DNA of 64,000 nucleotides from positions 3,424,001-3,488,000 of the forward strand of contig OY843751.1 of the NCBI GenBank assembly GCA_963693055.1, in the 5' to 3' direction. Every line of letters begins with the position of its first letter. Within the stretch, counting starts at the first letter, position 1. The DNA is from a bacterium. GTDB taxonomy: Bacteria > Zhuqueibacterota > Zhuqueibacteria > Residuimicrobiales > Krinioviventaceae. A model generated the notes under the pieces. It had not been told where the DNA came from. It searched no databases and worked only from the letters and a program-made list of their open reading frames with translations. The position numbers and the translations under genes are program-made. This document shows, in pieces, positions 38,792 to 49,185 of the stretch.

Positions 38792-41773
38792 CTACTTTTT
38801 AAACTCTACTTTTTTCATGGCAATGATTTTGACAGGGCCCAACAATCCGGACGCCGGCAATGGGCTAAATCCATATTCCTGTACAGTGTCAGTCAGTGCA
38901 TTACCAAAACGCTTCTGTAGTTCCTGAGGAACCGGTGGAGATTTTTCCCACGTGGAAACTTTGTTTATGTTGGTATTGGTAACAAGAAATGTAAGATGGT
39001 TCTTTCCATTTTTCAAGAGACCTGTCACATCCAACTGCATCCCAGTCATCCAACAGGTTCCGGCATCCTTATCATTGACTTTTATGTCGGCTATGCTCCC
39101 CACCTTGCCAGTATCAAGGATTAAAACAACATCCTTTTGCAGGTACGTATCGGGTAAGGTAAAATCAATATCATACCTGCCGGTCCCGCTGAAATGACAG
39201 GTCAGGGAGTCATCAGTCCAGGATTTTAATACCGGCAGGTTCTGTTCTACTCGCTCGAAATCACTGCTTTCAAGTACCAGCTTCCATTCGCCGGAAATCA
39301 TAAATGGAGAAGGTACACTGTCTATTTCTTTTTTAACAAATTTCTGTCCACTGTTTTCAACTTTGGCGTAAAACATACCATTTTCTTTAGCAAGTGCAGA
39401 GACTGAATTTTTATCAACTGATACAATTTCATCAAAATTGGTTTCACTAACAAAAGATACGCCTTTATCGGGACCGAACACCAGTACAATAGATTCCCAG
39501 GGGGATAATTTCAGCGGAACTTTGATACCGTCTCGAGTTTCACTAAACTGGAAATAACGTTGTACAGAGCCGGTAAAAGGGTCCCAATCAAACACATCTT
39601 TATTATGGGTACGGAATGTTATAGGCACAGAACTGGGGGTGTTTTGCGTATTGGTGACAAAATAAACATCACAATCATCCACTTTGCGGTGGATAAATCC
39701 CAATCCATTATTCCGACGCAGTCCCTCTTGAGCGAAATCAATTCCAAAATCCGGTGCAATATGCGAACGGATGGTATTTACAAAAGGATCAAGCGGACTA
39801 CTGCGAAGGTCCCACCAGATCTTTCGATCAATGACATTTTTAATAAAATAGGCTTTACCTTTGCCATAATCTACTGTTCCCACCTCATCCCTGCGAAAAG
39901 GTTCTTTAAACATTTCAGAAATTATCTGCTGCACCTTTGCATCGTTTACCTCGTAATTGGTAAATCCGGTTGAACTGTCAGGTACACGATCACAGGCAAT
40001 CACCACACCACCACTTTTAACATAATCCTGAATACGTAAAAGTGTCTGTAATGGCAATGCTTTAATATTAGGTAACAGTAACACTTTGTATTTCATATTT
40101 CGAACACGAATCTGTCCGTTTTCAAATTTAGCGAAATTCTGCAGAGCGTCATCATTGATCAAATCAAAATCATATCCGTTTGAGACCAATAAAAATCCCA
40201 ATTCATCCCAGTCAAATTCACGTGTCCATTTACGGGGATTCAAAGCGTCCAAAGTCCATTGATTTGCCAGAGGCGAATACACTGCAATATCCGGGCTGAA
40301 ATCACCCTGTCTCAGCAGAAACGAGCAGCGTGCAATGTACTGAGAAAGTAGTGGATAATAGGGCCACATGAGATTAGACGGATTGAGCTGAACGGCCCAG
40401 CCTGTACGTCGTGAAGGCGCCAGGTTGCGGTCAGGTGAATAACAAAAGCCATGATTATAGAATTTTGTTGCTCCGGCACGTAAAAATCCGTCAGTAGCAA
40501 TTTTCAATTCTTCCAAAGTGGCACGATACCGTTCCCAATGCAGAAAAGTATAGGCCTCCAACGAAATGACATCCCGCCCATACAAGTGAGCACCAGAGGA
40601 AACATATTTTTTGGGTCCAATCCTATTATCGAACCAGCCCTGCGAATCCTTTTCACCAGGAGTAATTTCCATTTCCGGAATATGTGTTGCACCTGCTGCC
40701 TGCAGATTGTCTGTAGCAAAGCCATAGGTCTGCACCCGTCCTTTGATGCCATTATTCTCACACCAGGTCATAAAGGTTTCGAAAAACGTCTCCATCCCTA
40801 CATGATGCAAAAACTCATTCACATCATAACGGATCTTGGGTGAAATATCACCAACCTGCCACCATACAGCCGGTAAATACGGAACCAGATCGTAACCCTT
40901 GAATTCCTCAAATTTGCTCAACAGATTATCAGACCAGTATAAACCACTTGCCAGATTAGGCAGCTCAAAGCTGTCTGCAAAAAATGAATCTACTGTTTTT
41001 CCAAATTCATCACCAAATGCCTCTTTGAAACGATTACCCAGATCGTCACAATAGCGTTGCATTGCATCTTTGTTAAAATGATCTACCGCATTGGCATGAC
41101 CATTCTTTGCCAGCCAGAAGCACATAATCCGCCATCTTCCATCAGGAACCTGCCAGATCAGTTTGCCGTCTTTAACGTTATCTGTTATGACTGTCAGTGT
41201 GGGTTCCTGAATCACACTTTCTACAACTTTAGCGGCAACAACTGCAAGCAATTTTTCGGAACCGTTCAAATTGGTTTCGTACAATTCCCAGGAACGCTTG
41301 GTTTTCATCAAGGTATCGGGTAATACATCATTAAATTTAACAGGCCCCACAACATCTACAAATGTGGGTATAAGATCTTTGGAGTTATCATCCTCGGGGA
41401 CCCATTCACCACCAATAATCCATCCGGGACCGCCAAAATTGAACGATATTTCCATTCCTAACCGTTTGGCCTCCATAACAGCATGCCTTGCCATTTCCAG
41501 AAATTCCTCAGACATGTAGGGAATGTTGCCCTTTTCATAATAAGGCTGCATGGTAATCTGCTCCACACCCCGGATGCCTACACCGCGCATCTGTTCCAAC
41601 TCCCAGGTTATTTCTTTTTTGGTAACTGCATTTCCGGGCCACCACCAGCGCGTATGCGGCCAGCAATCCATGGGTGGATTCTTGAACTGCTCTTCTAACG
41701 CTTGCAGAGGTCTTGCCTCTATTGTTCCGGAAAGTATCCATAATACAACAAGCATAAAAATTGAGCGTTTCAT
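38792..41773 (-). CDS. Glycoside hydrolase family 106 (alpha-L-rhamnosidase-like)
   Basis: P..RWWWPGN, GIRGVE, FFADSFE, SSGAHLYG...LEAYT, C-terminal FSGTGRY...SGLLGPV. Confidence 0.85.
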   Translation of the reverse strand: MKRSIFMLVVLWILSGTIEARPLQALEEQFKNPPMDCWPHTRWWWPGNAVTKKEITWELEQMRGVGIRGVEQITMQPYYEKGNIPYMSEEFLEMARHAVMEAKRLGMEISFNFGGPGWIIGGEWVPEDDNSKDLIPTFVDVVGPVKFNDVLPDTLMKTKRSWELYETNLNGSEKLLAVVAAKVVESVIQEPTLTVITDNVKDGKLIWQVPDGRWRIMCFWLAKNGHANAVDHFNKDAMQRYCDDLGNRFKEAFGDEFGKTVDSFFADSFELPNLASGLYWSDNLLSKFEEFKGYDLVPYLPAVWWQVGDISPKIRYDVNEFLHHVGMETFFETFMTWCENNGIKGRVQTYGFATDNLQAAGATHIPEMEITPGEKDSQGWFDNRIGPKKYVSSGAHLYGRDVISLEAYTFLHWERYRATLEELKIATDGFLRAGATKFYNHGFCYSPDRNLAPSRRTGWAVQLNPSNLMWPYYPLLSQYIARCSFLLRQGDFSPDIAVYSPLANQWTLDALNPRKWTREFDWDELGFLLVSNGYDFDLINDDALQNFAKFENGQIRVRNMKYKVLLLPNIKALPLQTLLRIQDYVKSGGVVIACDRVPDSSTGFTNYEVNDAKVQQIISEMFKEPFRRDEVGTVDYGKGKAYFIKNVIDRKIWWDLRSSPLDPFVNTIRSHIAPDFGIDFAQEGLRRNNGLGFIHRKVDDCDVYFVTNTQNTPSSVPITFRTHNKDVFDWDPFTGSVQRYFQFSETRDGIKVPLKLSPWESIVLVFGPDKGVSFVSETNFDEIVSVDKNSVSALAKENGMFYAKVENSGQKFVKKEIDSVPSPFMISGEWKLVLESSDFERVEQNLPVLKSWTDDSLTCHFSGTGRYDIDFTLPDTYLQKDVVLILDTGKVGSIADIKVNDKDAGTCWMTGMQLDVTGLLKNGKNHLTFLVTNTNINKVSTWEKSPPVPQELQKRFGNALTDTVQEYGFSPLPASGLLGPVKIIAMKKVEFKK

Positions 41774-41788
41774 GGTAGTAATGCTCCT

Positions 41789-43501
41789 TTAATAGATTTC
41801 AACATTATCAAGCGGTGAACCATCATCACGGGTTATTCGGAGATACAATCCCCAGTTCAATTCTGAATTACATACTTTGATCAACACCTTGTTCTCGCCC
41901 TTGTTCAAGCGGACAGACAGAATATCAGAATCCGGGGCGGCAGAACGTTCAATATTCTTAGCAAACAACTTTTGACCGTTAAACCACAATGTTGCCGTAT
42001 CATTGGTACCCAGTCGTATCTGAGCATCCTGTTCAATTGTGCTGTTCACAGATATGTACGCATAAGCACAAACCCATTCGGTAGGTTGAAAATGTTTTCT
42101 AAAATCAAGATATCCACTGACCGGGTCAACCTTGCATTGCTGCCATTTCAATGCTTTATCTTTTACCGTATATTCCGCATGGATATCTGTTTTTGTTTCT
42201 GGTGGAAATTCAGTATCAAAATTATTACAGGATTCACATCCAAAGGGACCCACAATATGGAATTCTGATACAAATCCCAATTCCGCATTAAACGCATCAA
42301 CTTGACGGGTTTTTGCAAGCTCGACAAGATTTTGAATTGCAGGAGTAGAGATCCATTTTTCTTTAACAACATTGAGGTATTGATCAAATTGGGGGTCCAA
42401 AGGCAATACGGAATTACCCACCTTGCCATATTTTTCAACATCTGCCTGATCAAACTGCCACCAGGTGGCACCATGCCCATAGATCCAGCAATATTTTTTA
42501 CTGCCCAGTAGAATACCTGCATACTGATTTTTAAAATCCTCAACGGAAAAACGACTGCTCTTGTCCGCATAAGAGCCAACCAAAGAATCACCAAAGGTCT
42601 CTTTTTTACCGGACCACCCTAAAAACTCGCCATCTTTATCAACGATCTCGCGGTAATAGCCTAGCGGCCAGCCCGCCAAAGAAACACCACACGTTTTCAT
42701 CCAGTAATCCTGAGCTTTGGGGCTAATCGCATCCAAAATTTTTGATTCCAGTTCGAATGCATAATGTAAAAGTCCAAAGGTGCTGACCATGTCATAAGAC
42801 AATTCAGTCAAAACAAACAACCCACCGGGAGCCTGTTGTTCTGCCATTGCCTCAAGCCAACCGGTAAACAGTGCCTTTGCTATAGGGCCATAAAAGGTAA
42901 TACTTTCCGGAAGGGTGAGATAAACCATATCCGGATATTCTTTCAACATGGCGTTGACCATTTCATATCCGCGTTTGTTAGCGGCAGTTATCAAGTCTTG
43001 TTGAGAATATCCTTTATAATCATACCCCTGCCAATTAAACTGATATTGCTCGTTAACATATTCAATATCCAGGGATATCCCTTTACAGCCGGATAGTTTT
43101 GCAAAGCGAGCAGCCTCGGCAAAATTCTTTATAATTCCTTCCCATGCAGCATTATCGGTCCAAAGGGGTACATGTTTATAAAAAGCGATTTTGATAAAAT
43201 TATCGGTAATACCTGCCTTTCGACACATATCGTTACAGTTTTTTATCCGCTGAAATGTAGCATCAGATTCATTTCGACTCGATGGATCACCATCCTGTGC
43301 CCAGATATCATCACCCCAGTTGGCCATGATCCCGGACAACAAGAACCCATCAAATCCATTCTGCTTCCATTCAACCGCTGTGTCAGCCAGATATTCAGGT
43401 GAAATAGGACTAAACAGCAGGGTTTTGGGTAAATCCTGCTGTTTATTGTTTGTACAACATAAAAACATGGATACTGCGATGAAAACAAAAAGCTTTTTCA
43501 T
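41789..43501 (-). CDS. Lipoprotein with putative TIM-barrel glycoside hydrolase-like domain and C-terminal PA14-like beta domain
   Basis: Lipobox FLCC; KGISLDIEY acidic motif; C-terminal VGPF..CAYAY..GTND...WFNG..GENKVLIKV. Confidence 0.6.
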   Translation of the reverse strand: MKKLFVFIAVSMFLCCTNNKQQDLPKTLLFSPISPEYLADTAVEWKQNGFDGFLLSGIMANWGDDIWAQDGDPSSRNESDATFQRIKNCNDMCRKAGITDNFIKIAFYKHVPLWTDNAAWEGIIKNFAEAARFAKLSGCKGISLDIEYVNEQYQFNWQGYDYKGYSQQDLITAANKRGYEMVNAMLKEYPDMVYLTLPESITFYGPIAKALFTGWLEAMAEQQAPGGLFVLTELSYDMVSTFGLLHYAFELESKILDAISPKAQDYWMKTCGVSLAGWPLGYYREIVDKDGEFLGWSGKKETFGDSLVGSYADKSSRFSVEDFKNQYAGILLGSKKYCWIYGHGATWWQFDQADVEKYGKVGNSVLPLDPQFDQYLNVVKEKWISTPAIQNLVELAKTRQVDAFNAELGFVSEFHIVGPFGCESCNNFDTEFPPETKTDIHAEYTVKDKALKWQQCKVDPVSGYLDFRKHFQPTEWVCAYAYISVNSTIEQDAQIRLGTNDTATLWFNGQKLFAKNIERSAAPDSDILSVRLNKGENKVLIKVCNSELNWGLYLRITRDDGSPLDNVEIY

Positions 43502-43535
43502 TTCTCAATCCTGTTTTAATAATTTATTTGTTTAT

Positions 43536-43934
43536 TTATTTATTCAACCACTGCACAAACTCGAGCACATTATTGTCCGGATCTGTTATATACAGCCAGG
43601 TTACCATATCTGGAATCAGCATGGGGCCTTTAAGGATATCTATTTGAGCAGATTTCAACTTTTCCACCAGTGCTTCCAGATTATCCGTCCCAATGGCCAT
43701 ATGCGGACTGTACGGCGGTTTAATTTCATTTTCAGGCGCCGGTATGGGGTTATTTTTCTCGTCCAGCAGTTGCAATAACTCAATGTTGCATCCATCGAGT
43801 TTTAAAAAAGCAAATGCCTCGTGGTGCTCCTCATCCACGGTTTTGGACATGAGCTCCAGTCCCAGTTTTTCCTGATAAAATTTTATCGAAACATCCAGAT
43901 CAGAGACCTGAAACGCGAAATGATCAGCAAACAT
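43536..43934 (-). CDS. VOC family protein (glyoxalase/epimerase fold)
   Basis: DHFAFQV.DL, IELL, HMAI, DPDNNVLE metal-ligand pattern. Confidence 0.88.
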   Translation of the reverse strand: MFADHFAFQVSDLDVSIKFYQEKLGLELMSKTVDEEHHEAFAFLKLDGCNIELLQLLDEKNNPIPAPENEIKPPYSPHMAIGTDNLEALVEKLKSAQIDILKGPMLIPDMVTWLYITDPDNNVLEFVQWLNK

Positions 43935-43950
43935 TACGTTCCTCCAGTTC

Positions 43951-46515
43951 TTATTCTATACTGTCCATAAGATCATGAAATTCTTTACTACGCAATTGAT
44001 GGCGTTCAGCATAATGGGTTATACCTTCCCGTTCAACAATTTCACAAAAACGGGCATAGCTTCCATCATGTTTTGATTGTTGTGGAAAATATAAACATTT
44101 GAGATACAATATTGGTAACCGGGCCACTTCTACACGTTCCAAAACATCCTGGTTGTCTGCAATTCTTTCAGCACGATCGAAAATTTCACCGGCTTGGATG
44201 ATAAAAGATTCCGTAAATATCTTGTCTTCCGGTTTCATAAATAAATGGATATGCGTTAAAGGTGTTACAAGCCCCTGCAGTAAATCAAAATATTCACGAA
44301 TATACTGTCCACTGCGCCCATAATAACCATAGATAAAGTCATTTACCACTGTTTCCACATCACAATCGGGGTTCCAAAGTAATTTAGAGATTAAATAGGC
44401 TCTTAGCTCGGCAAACTCACCGCCGCGACTTTGATATGCCGCCTGTTCCATAATCCCTATTGCGTTATTCTCTTGAAAAGTCTTTATATTTTCCTGCAAT
44501 ACTCCAAAGTTGGGATACGGCATAATATAATGACCAAAATTCACAACATAATCCCAAATATACATATGCGGCGCAATAGCAGACCAGCCTTGCAGATCAT
44601 CAATAAAAGACTGGTTTAACGGACAGGATTTAAAATCATGTGAAAAACAACATTCAATACTGCAAAGACGGATAACCACATTTTCCCGCGGCTTTATATT
44701 TTTACAGGGCTTGCGGGTATATTGATATGCAAGTGTACCTACATATTTATCTGGAAATTCTTTTTCAATCTCTTTTGCAATCTTGTTCACAAACCAGATT
44801 AACGGCCCGGCTTCACTTTCTTCTTTCCGTGCGATTTTCTGGCAATTTTCACATTGACATGGATTTTGCCAGTCGTTCTGTGACACGGAATAAATTAAAC
44901 AATCGGGATTGTCAAGCATGGCCTGTTTGAGGCGCTTTGTAACAATCTTGAAGACATCAGGATTAGTGAGACACAGCTGCGCATGATCATGAACACGTTT
45001 GCCATCAATCAAACTGTAATATTCCGGGTGCTCGTCATAAAATTCTGTTGGCGGCATAAAGCGGTAAAAAGTATGTACGGCCCAGTATCCTTCCACTCCA
45101 CCAGGTTGTTTACGGCTGTTCATGGCCCCGTTCACACGGTTCCGGGCCGCCCAAACCGGATCAAAGGCTTCATAATAAAAATCGTTACGTACACGTATGC
45201 CCGGGGATTCATGGTTATAAAAATAAGTGAATTCAAATTTATCTTTTTCAGGAACATTTGTTACCTGCGGGGTATACCAGCGGAGCCCAAGCTCATTTTC
45301 CAGAAAATCAAATACTCCGTACATAGTACCCCGTTGACTGCCGCCCCAAATTAAAATATGATTACCAATATTTTTATAGGTAAAGGCTTCTGACATTGCA
45401 TCTGGTTTGTGTATATCATTCGGAAACATCTCCAACACATCCGGATGACATCCAACAATGATGGACGGGATTGACTCTTTAAACTGATTTACAATAGGGA
45501 AAAAAGCACCACTGACTTTGTTGAGCCAATGCTGAAGATCACGTGCAGCCCATTGCTCGGACTCTGACGCGTTAACATCCACAACAATAGCATACTTTGA
45601 TTTGCGGTTGTTGAAAAGCTCAAAAATCTGACGATTACCCGCACTAAATAAATGGAATTCCTGGAATGACTGACCATCTATAAACTTTGCCGTAATTGAC
45701 AAATCGAATTCTCCGTATCGTTCTGTCGGCACAGAAAGGGCCAGATCCTGTTCGGTCCCTAATTTGCCTTGCCATATAATTGAATCCGGAGCAAATTTGG
45801 GAGTAATTGTAACAAGATTTTCCTTAAACAATGAGGCTAAATTGCGTTTATCATATTTAAAATGCAGAACCGGTTTAGCATCCAAAGTCAAAACAGTAAA
45901 AAAAGAACCCGCCCCTAAATCCGAATCAAAAGATAGAAATCGGGTACAAAAAGCCCATACATTGCCCAACTCTTCAATCTTGAGTAGTAAAGTATTTCTC
46001 CCCTTTTTTATAACCACTGGGACCAGACCTTCATCAGGATTGAGTCCACCGGGTCTTGCTTCGTCCCAAACCAACATACCGTTAAACCAGACCCTTCCGC
46101 CATCATTACAGGCAACGGACAAATAGCATATCTGGTCCTTTTCCGCAATGATTTCTCTAAACGCATAAGCGCAAACATTTTCATCAGTAGAAACAAAATC
46201 ATCCAGAACAATGACAGAATCCGGCGCAGCAATCTCTTTAAAAACCAGCTTTTCTCCATTTACAGAGATCATTGTCCCCGCTGTTAAAACAGGATTTTCT
46301 TCTCCTCCGATACCTGCGAGGTAATCGGTTTCAAATCCAGGGATGTGCTGTTGGTCAAGTTCATTATCTTTGGGAGACTCTAAATGAATAGGCCCGCAAA
46401 CAGTCCATTCTTTCATCCACTCTCCCATTTCAAACTCGTATTCGGTAGCAAAAAGATTAACTGATAAAAATACAAATAATATTAATATCAGAAAATTGGG
46501 TTTCGATCTCATCAT
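43951..46515 (-). CDS. DUF4838 domain protein (GH-like), paralog 1
   Basis: Signal peptide, N-terminal PA14-like domain, RGTMYGV..FLE..LG.RWY, HTF, HPEYY, QLCLTNP, SQND...CQC..C, LAYQY, IWDY; start near 46515/46512. Confidence 0.82.
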   Translation of the reverse strand: MMRSKPNFLILILFVFLSVNLFATEYEFEMGEWMKEWTVCGPIHLESPKDNELDQQHIPGFETDYLAGIGGEENPVLTAGTMISVNGEKLVFKEIAAPDSVIVLDDFVSTDENVCAYAFREIIAEKDQICYLSVACNDGGRVWFNGMLVWDEARPGGLNPDEGLVPVVIKKGRNTLLLKIEELGNVWAFCTRFLSFDSDLGAGSFFTVLTLDAKPVLHFKYDKRNLASLFKENLVTITPKFAPDSIIWQGKLGTEQDLALSVPTERYGEFDLSITAKFIDGQSFQEFHLFSAGNRQIFELFNNRKSKYAIVVDVNASESEQWAARDLQHWLNKVSGAFFPIVNQFKESIPSIIVGCHPDVLEMFPNDIHKPDAMSEAFTYKNIGNHILIWGGSQRGTMYGVFDFLENELGLRWYTPQVTNVPEKDKFEFTYFYNHESPGIRVRNDFYYEAFDPVWAARNRVNGAMNSRKQPGGVEGYWAVHTFYRFMPPTEFYDEHPEYYSLIDGKRVHDHAQLCLTNPDVFKIVTKRLKQAMLDNPDCLIYSVSQNDWQNPCQCENCQKIARKEESEAGPLIWFVNKIAKEIEKEFPDKYVGTLAYQYTRKPCKNIKPRENVVIRLCSIECCFSHDFKSCPLNQSFIDDLQGWSAIAPHMYIWDYVVNFGHYIMPYPNFGVLQENIKTFQENNAIGIMEQAAYQSRGGEFAELRAYLISKLLWNPDCDVETVVNDFIYGYYGRSGQYIREYFDLLQGLVTPLTHIHLFMKPEDKIFTESFIIQAGEIFDRAERIADNQDVLERVEVARLPILYLKCLYFPQQSKHDGSYARFCEIVEREGITHYAERHQLRSKEFHDLMDSIE

Positions 46516-46569
46516 CACTCCAAAAAAATTTATAATTTTCACTTTTAATATTGAGATTATTAATTGGAC

Positions 46570-49122
46570 CTATTTAGCATATTCCATAAATTGATGAAAT
46601 GCATTTTTATGTTCCAAACCATGTTCAGCGTAATGCGTAATACCCTCCCTTTCCGTTATCTCACAAAAACGGGAATATGTCCCATCCTGTTTAGATTGCA
46701 GGGGGTATCGCAAACATTTCAAATACATTAACGGCAGTCTGGCCACCTCTACACGCTGCAGTATTTCCTGATCATCTGCAACGGCCTCCGCACGATCAAA
46801 AATATCACTAGCCTTATATATAAAAGAATCAGGAAAAATCTTGTCTTCGGGAGTAAGGCCCAAATGGATATGGGTATTTGGTTTTACAAGGTCATGAAGT
46901 AAATTAAAATAATCATGAACAAACTTTCCACTACGTCCATAATATCCATACATAAAGTCATCAATTACATCATCCACATCACAATCGGGATTCCACAAGA
47001 GTTTCGAGATTACATAGGCACGTAATTCAGCAAACTCGCCTCCACGACTCTGATAAGCAGCCTGTTCCATAATACCTATGGCATTGTTTTCACGGAATGT
47101 TTTAATATTCTCTTGTAAAACACCAAAATTGGGATACGGCATTATGTAGTGGCTAAAATTCACTACATAATCCCATATATACATATGCGGAGCAATTGCT
47201 GACCAGCCTTGTAGATCATCCATAAAGGATTGATTTTCAGGACAGGATTTAAAATCATGCGCAAAGCAACATTCAATGCTGCACAAGCGGATAACGACAT
47301 TTTCTCTCGGCTTGATATTTTTACAGGGCTTGCGGGTATACTGATATGCAAGTGTGCCCACATATTTATCTGGAAATTCTTTTTCAATATCTTTGGCTAC
47401 CTTGTTAACAAACCAAATCAATGGTCCTGCTTCAGTCTCTTCTTCCTTTGCAATTTTCTGACATTTTTCGCATTGGCAGGGATTATAATAGTCATTTTGT
47501 GATACAGAAAAAATCAAGCAATCTGGATTTTCACGCATCGCTTGTTTTAGGCGTTTTGTGATAATCTTGAACACATCTGGATTAGTAAGACAGAGTTGAG
47601 CGCGCTCATGAATACGTTTGCCATCAATCAAGCTATAGTATTCGGGGTGCTCATCATAAAATTCTGTTGGAGGCATAAACCGATAAAAGGTATGCACAGC
47701 CCAGTAACCTTCTACACCGCCGGGTTGTTCACGGCTATTCATTGCACCATTTACACGGTTTCTCGCCGCCCAAACCGGATCAAAGGCTTCATAATAAAAA
47801 TCATTGCGCACCCGAATTCCTGGTGCCTCTTTATGATTCAAATAGTCAAAGACATATTCGTCTTTTTGCGGCGCTGATGTAACCTGTGGCGTATACCAGC
47901 GTAAACCCAGTTCATTTTCCAAAAAGCTGAGCACACCATACATGGTACCACGTTGAGGATCACCCCATATATATATATGTTGTCCTATAGTTTCATAAAT
48001 AAAAGATTCTGACAAAATATCAGATTTCTTCAAGATTTCAGGGCTTACAAACGGATTAAAGCCAATAACTATTGAAGGCTTTTTAGGATGGAATCTATTC
48101 ACTATTGGAAAAAACGCACCGCTAACCTCGTTTAACCAGTGCTGCAACTCTTTTGCAGCCCATTGTTCAGAATCTGAAGCCTTGTCATCAACCACAATAA
48201 CATATGGGGTTTTGCGGTTTTTAAACAGGGTATATTCTTTTCGCTCCCCTACACCAAACGTATGGGTTTCTCTCCATTGCTGTCCATCTGCAAATTGTGC
48301 GGTAAAAGTCAATTGATACATTTGATAAATTTTTGACTCAACAGGTAGAATATTCTCTTTCACAGGGTCCAGTGTTCCCTTCCAGATAACGGTTTCCGGA
48401 GAGTCTAACAATGACACCTGGATAATTGTATCTTTGAATAATGACTTTAATACACCGTCATCATACTTGAAACGCATGACAGCATGATTATTCTGATTCA
48501 ACATTTTAAAATATGAAACGGGACGAATTTTTGATTCTATTGGTAAAAAACGGGCACAAAACGCCCACACATTGGCTCGTTCTTCAACTTTGAAAAGCAG
48601 TGTATTTTTCCCTTTTTTCAACAAAACAGGTAATAAAATATCATCTGCGGTTACTCCCCTTGGTTCAGGACGGTCCCAGATTTGGGTCCCGTTTAACCAT
48701 ACACGACCTCCGTCATTACATCCCAGAGACAAAAAGCAAACCTGATCATTAGGAGAATTAATTTCCCGGTACATATAGGCACAGACAATATCTTCTTTAC
48801 TTATAAAATCATCCAGACTAATAACAGAATCAGTTGCAACAATATCTTTAAATATCAAAGTATTGCCATTTACAGATATTGATTGACCGTTTACAATGTT
48901 AGGATTTCTCTCTCCGCCTATAGATACAAGATAATCGGTCTCAAATCCGGGAATATGCTCCTGAGTAAGATCGGAATGATTGCCAGGTTGAAGCTGAATA
49001 GGACCACTAACGGTCCATTCTTTCATCCATTGGCCCATTTTTAAATCTGCGCTAAATGCACACATATTTACAAGCAGTAAAAACAACAATACGACTAAAA
49101 GGGTGCGGTGTATTGCTCGCAT
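46570..49122 (-). CDS. DUF4838 domain protein (GH-like), paralog 2
   Basis: Same motifs as the neighbour with a near-identical C-terminal half; GGAG RBS, ATG 49122. Confidence 0.82.
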   Translation of the reverse strand: MRAIHRTLLVVLLFLLLVNMCAFSADLKMGQWMKEWTVSGPIQLQPGNHSDLTQEHIPGFETDYLVSIGGERNPNIVNGQSISVNGNTLIFKDIVATDSVISLDDFISKEDIVCAYMYREINSPNDQVCFLSLGCNDGGRVWLNGTQIWDRPEPRGVTADDILLPVLLKKGKNTLLFKVEERANVWAFCARFLPIESKIRPVSYFKMLNQNNHAVMRFKYDDGVLKSLFKDTIIQVSLLDSPETVIWKGTLDPVKENILPVESKIYQMYQLTFTAQFADGQQWRETHTFGVGERKEYTLFKNRKTPYVIVVDDKASDSEQWAAKELQHWLNEVSGAFFPIVNRFHPKKPSIVIGFNPFVSPEILKKSDILSESFIYETIGQHIYIWGDPQRGTMYGVLSFLENELGLRWYTPQVTSAPQKDEYVFDYLNHKEAPGIRVRNDFYYEAFDPVWAARNRVNGAMNSREQPGGVEGYWAVHTFYRFMPPTEFYDEHPEYYSLIDGKRIHERAQLCLTNPDVFKIITKRLKQAMRENPDCLIFSVSQNDYYNPCQCEKCQKIAKEEETEAGPLIWFVNKVAKDIEKEFPDKYVGTLAYQYTRKPCKNIKPRENVVIRLCSIECCFAHDFKSCPENQSFMDDLQGWSAIAPHMYIWDYVVNFSHYIMPYPNFGVLQENIKTFRENNAIGIMEQAAYQSRGGEFAELRAYVISKLLWNPDCDVDDVIDDFMYGYYGRSGKFVHDYFNLLHDLVKPNTHIHLGLTPEDKIFPDSFIYKASDIFDRAEAVADDQEILQRVEVARLPLMYLKCLRYPLQSKQDGTYSRFCEITEREGITHYAEHGLEHKNAFHQFMEYAK

Positions 49123-49145
49123 TTTGACTCCGGTGTTTGGGTAAA

Positions 49146-49177
49146 AGCCGGGACAGGGGTAGAACATAGTCCCGGCT
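49146..49177 (-). other. Intergenic stem-loop inside the operon
   Basis: AGCCGGGAC-N14-GTCCCGGCT between the DUF1080 stop and the DUF4838 RBS. Confidence 0.5.
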
Positions 49178-49185
49178 GGGTAATA

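Noticed and set aside
44300-47950. Long similar DNA segments as a mobile repeat or assembly duplication
   Set aside because: Explained by paralogous DUF4838 genes; many synonymous differences argue against an assembly artefact.
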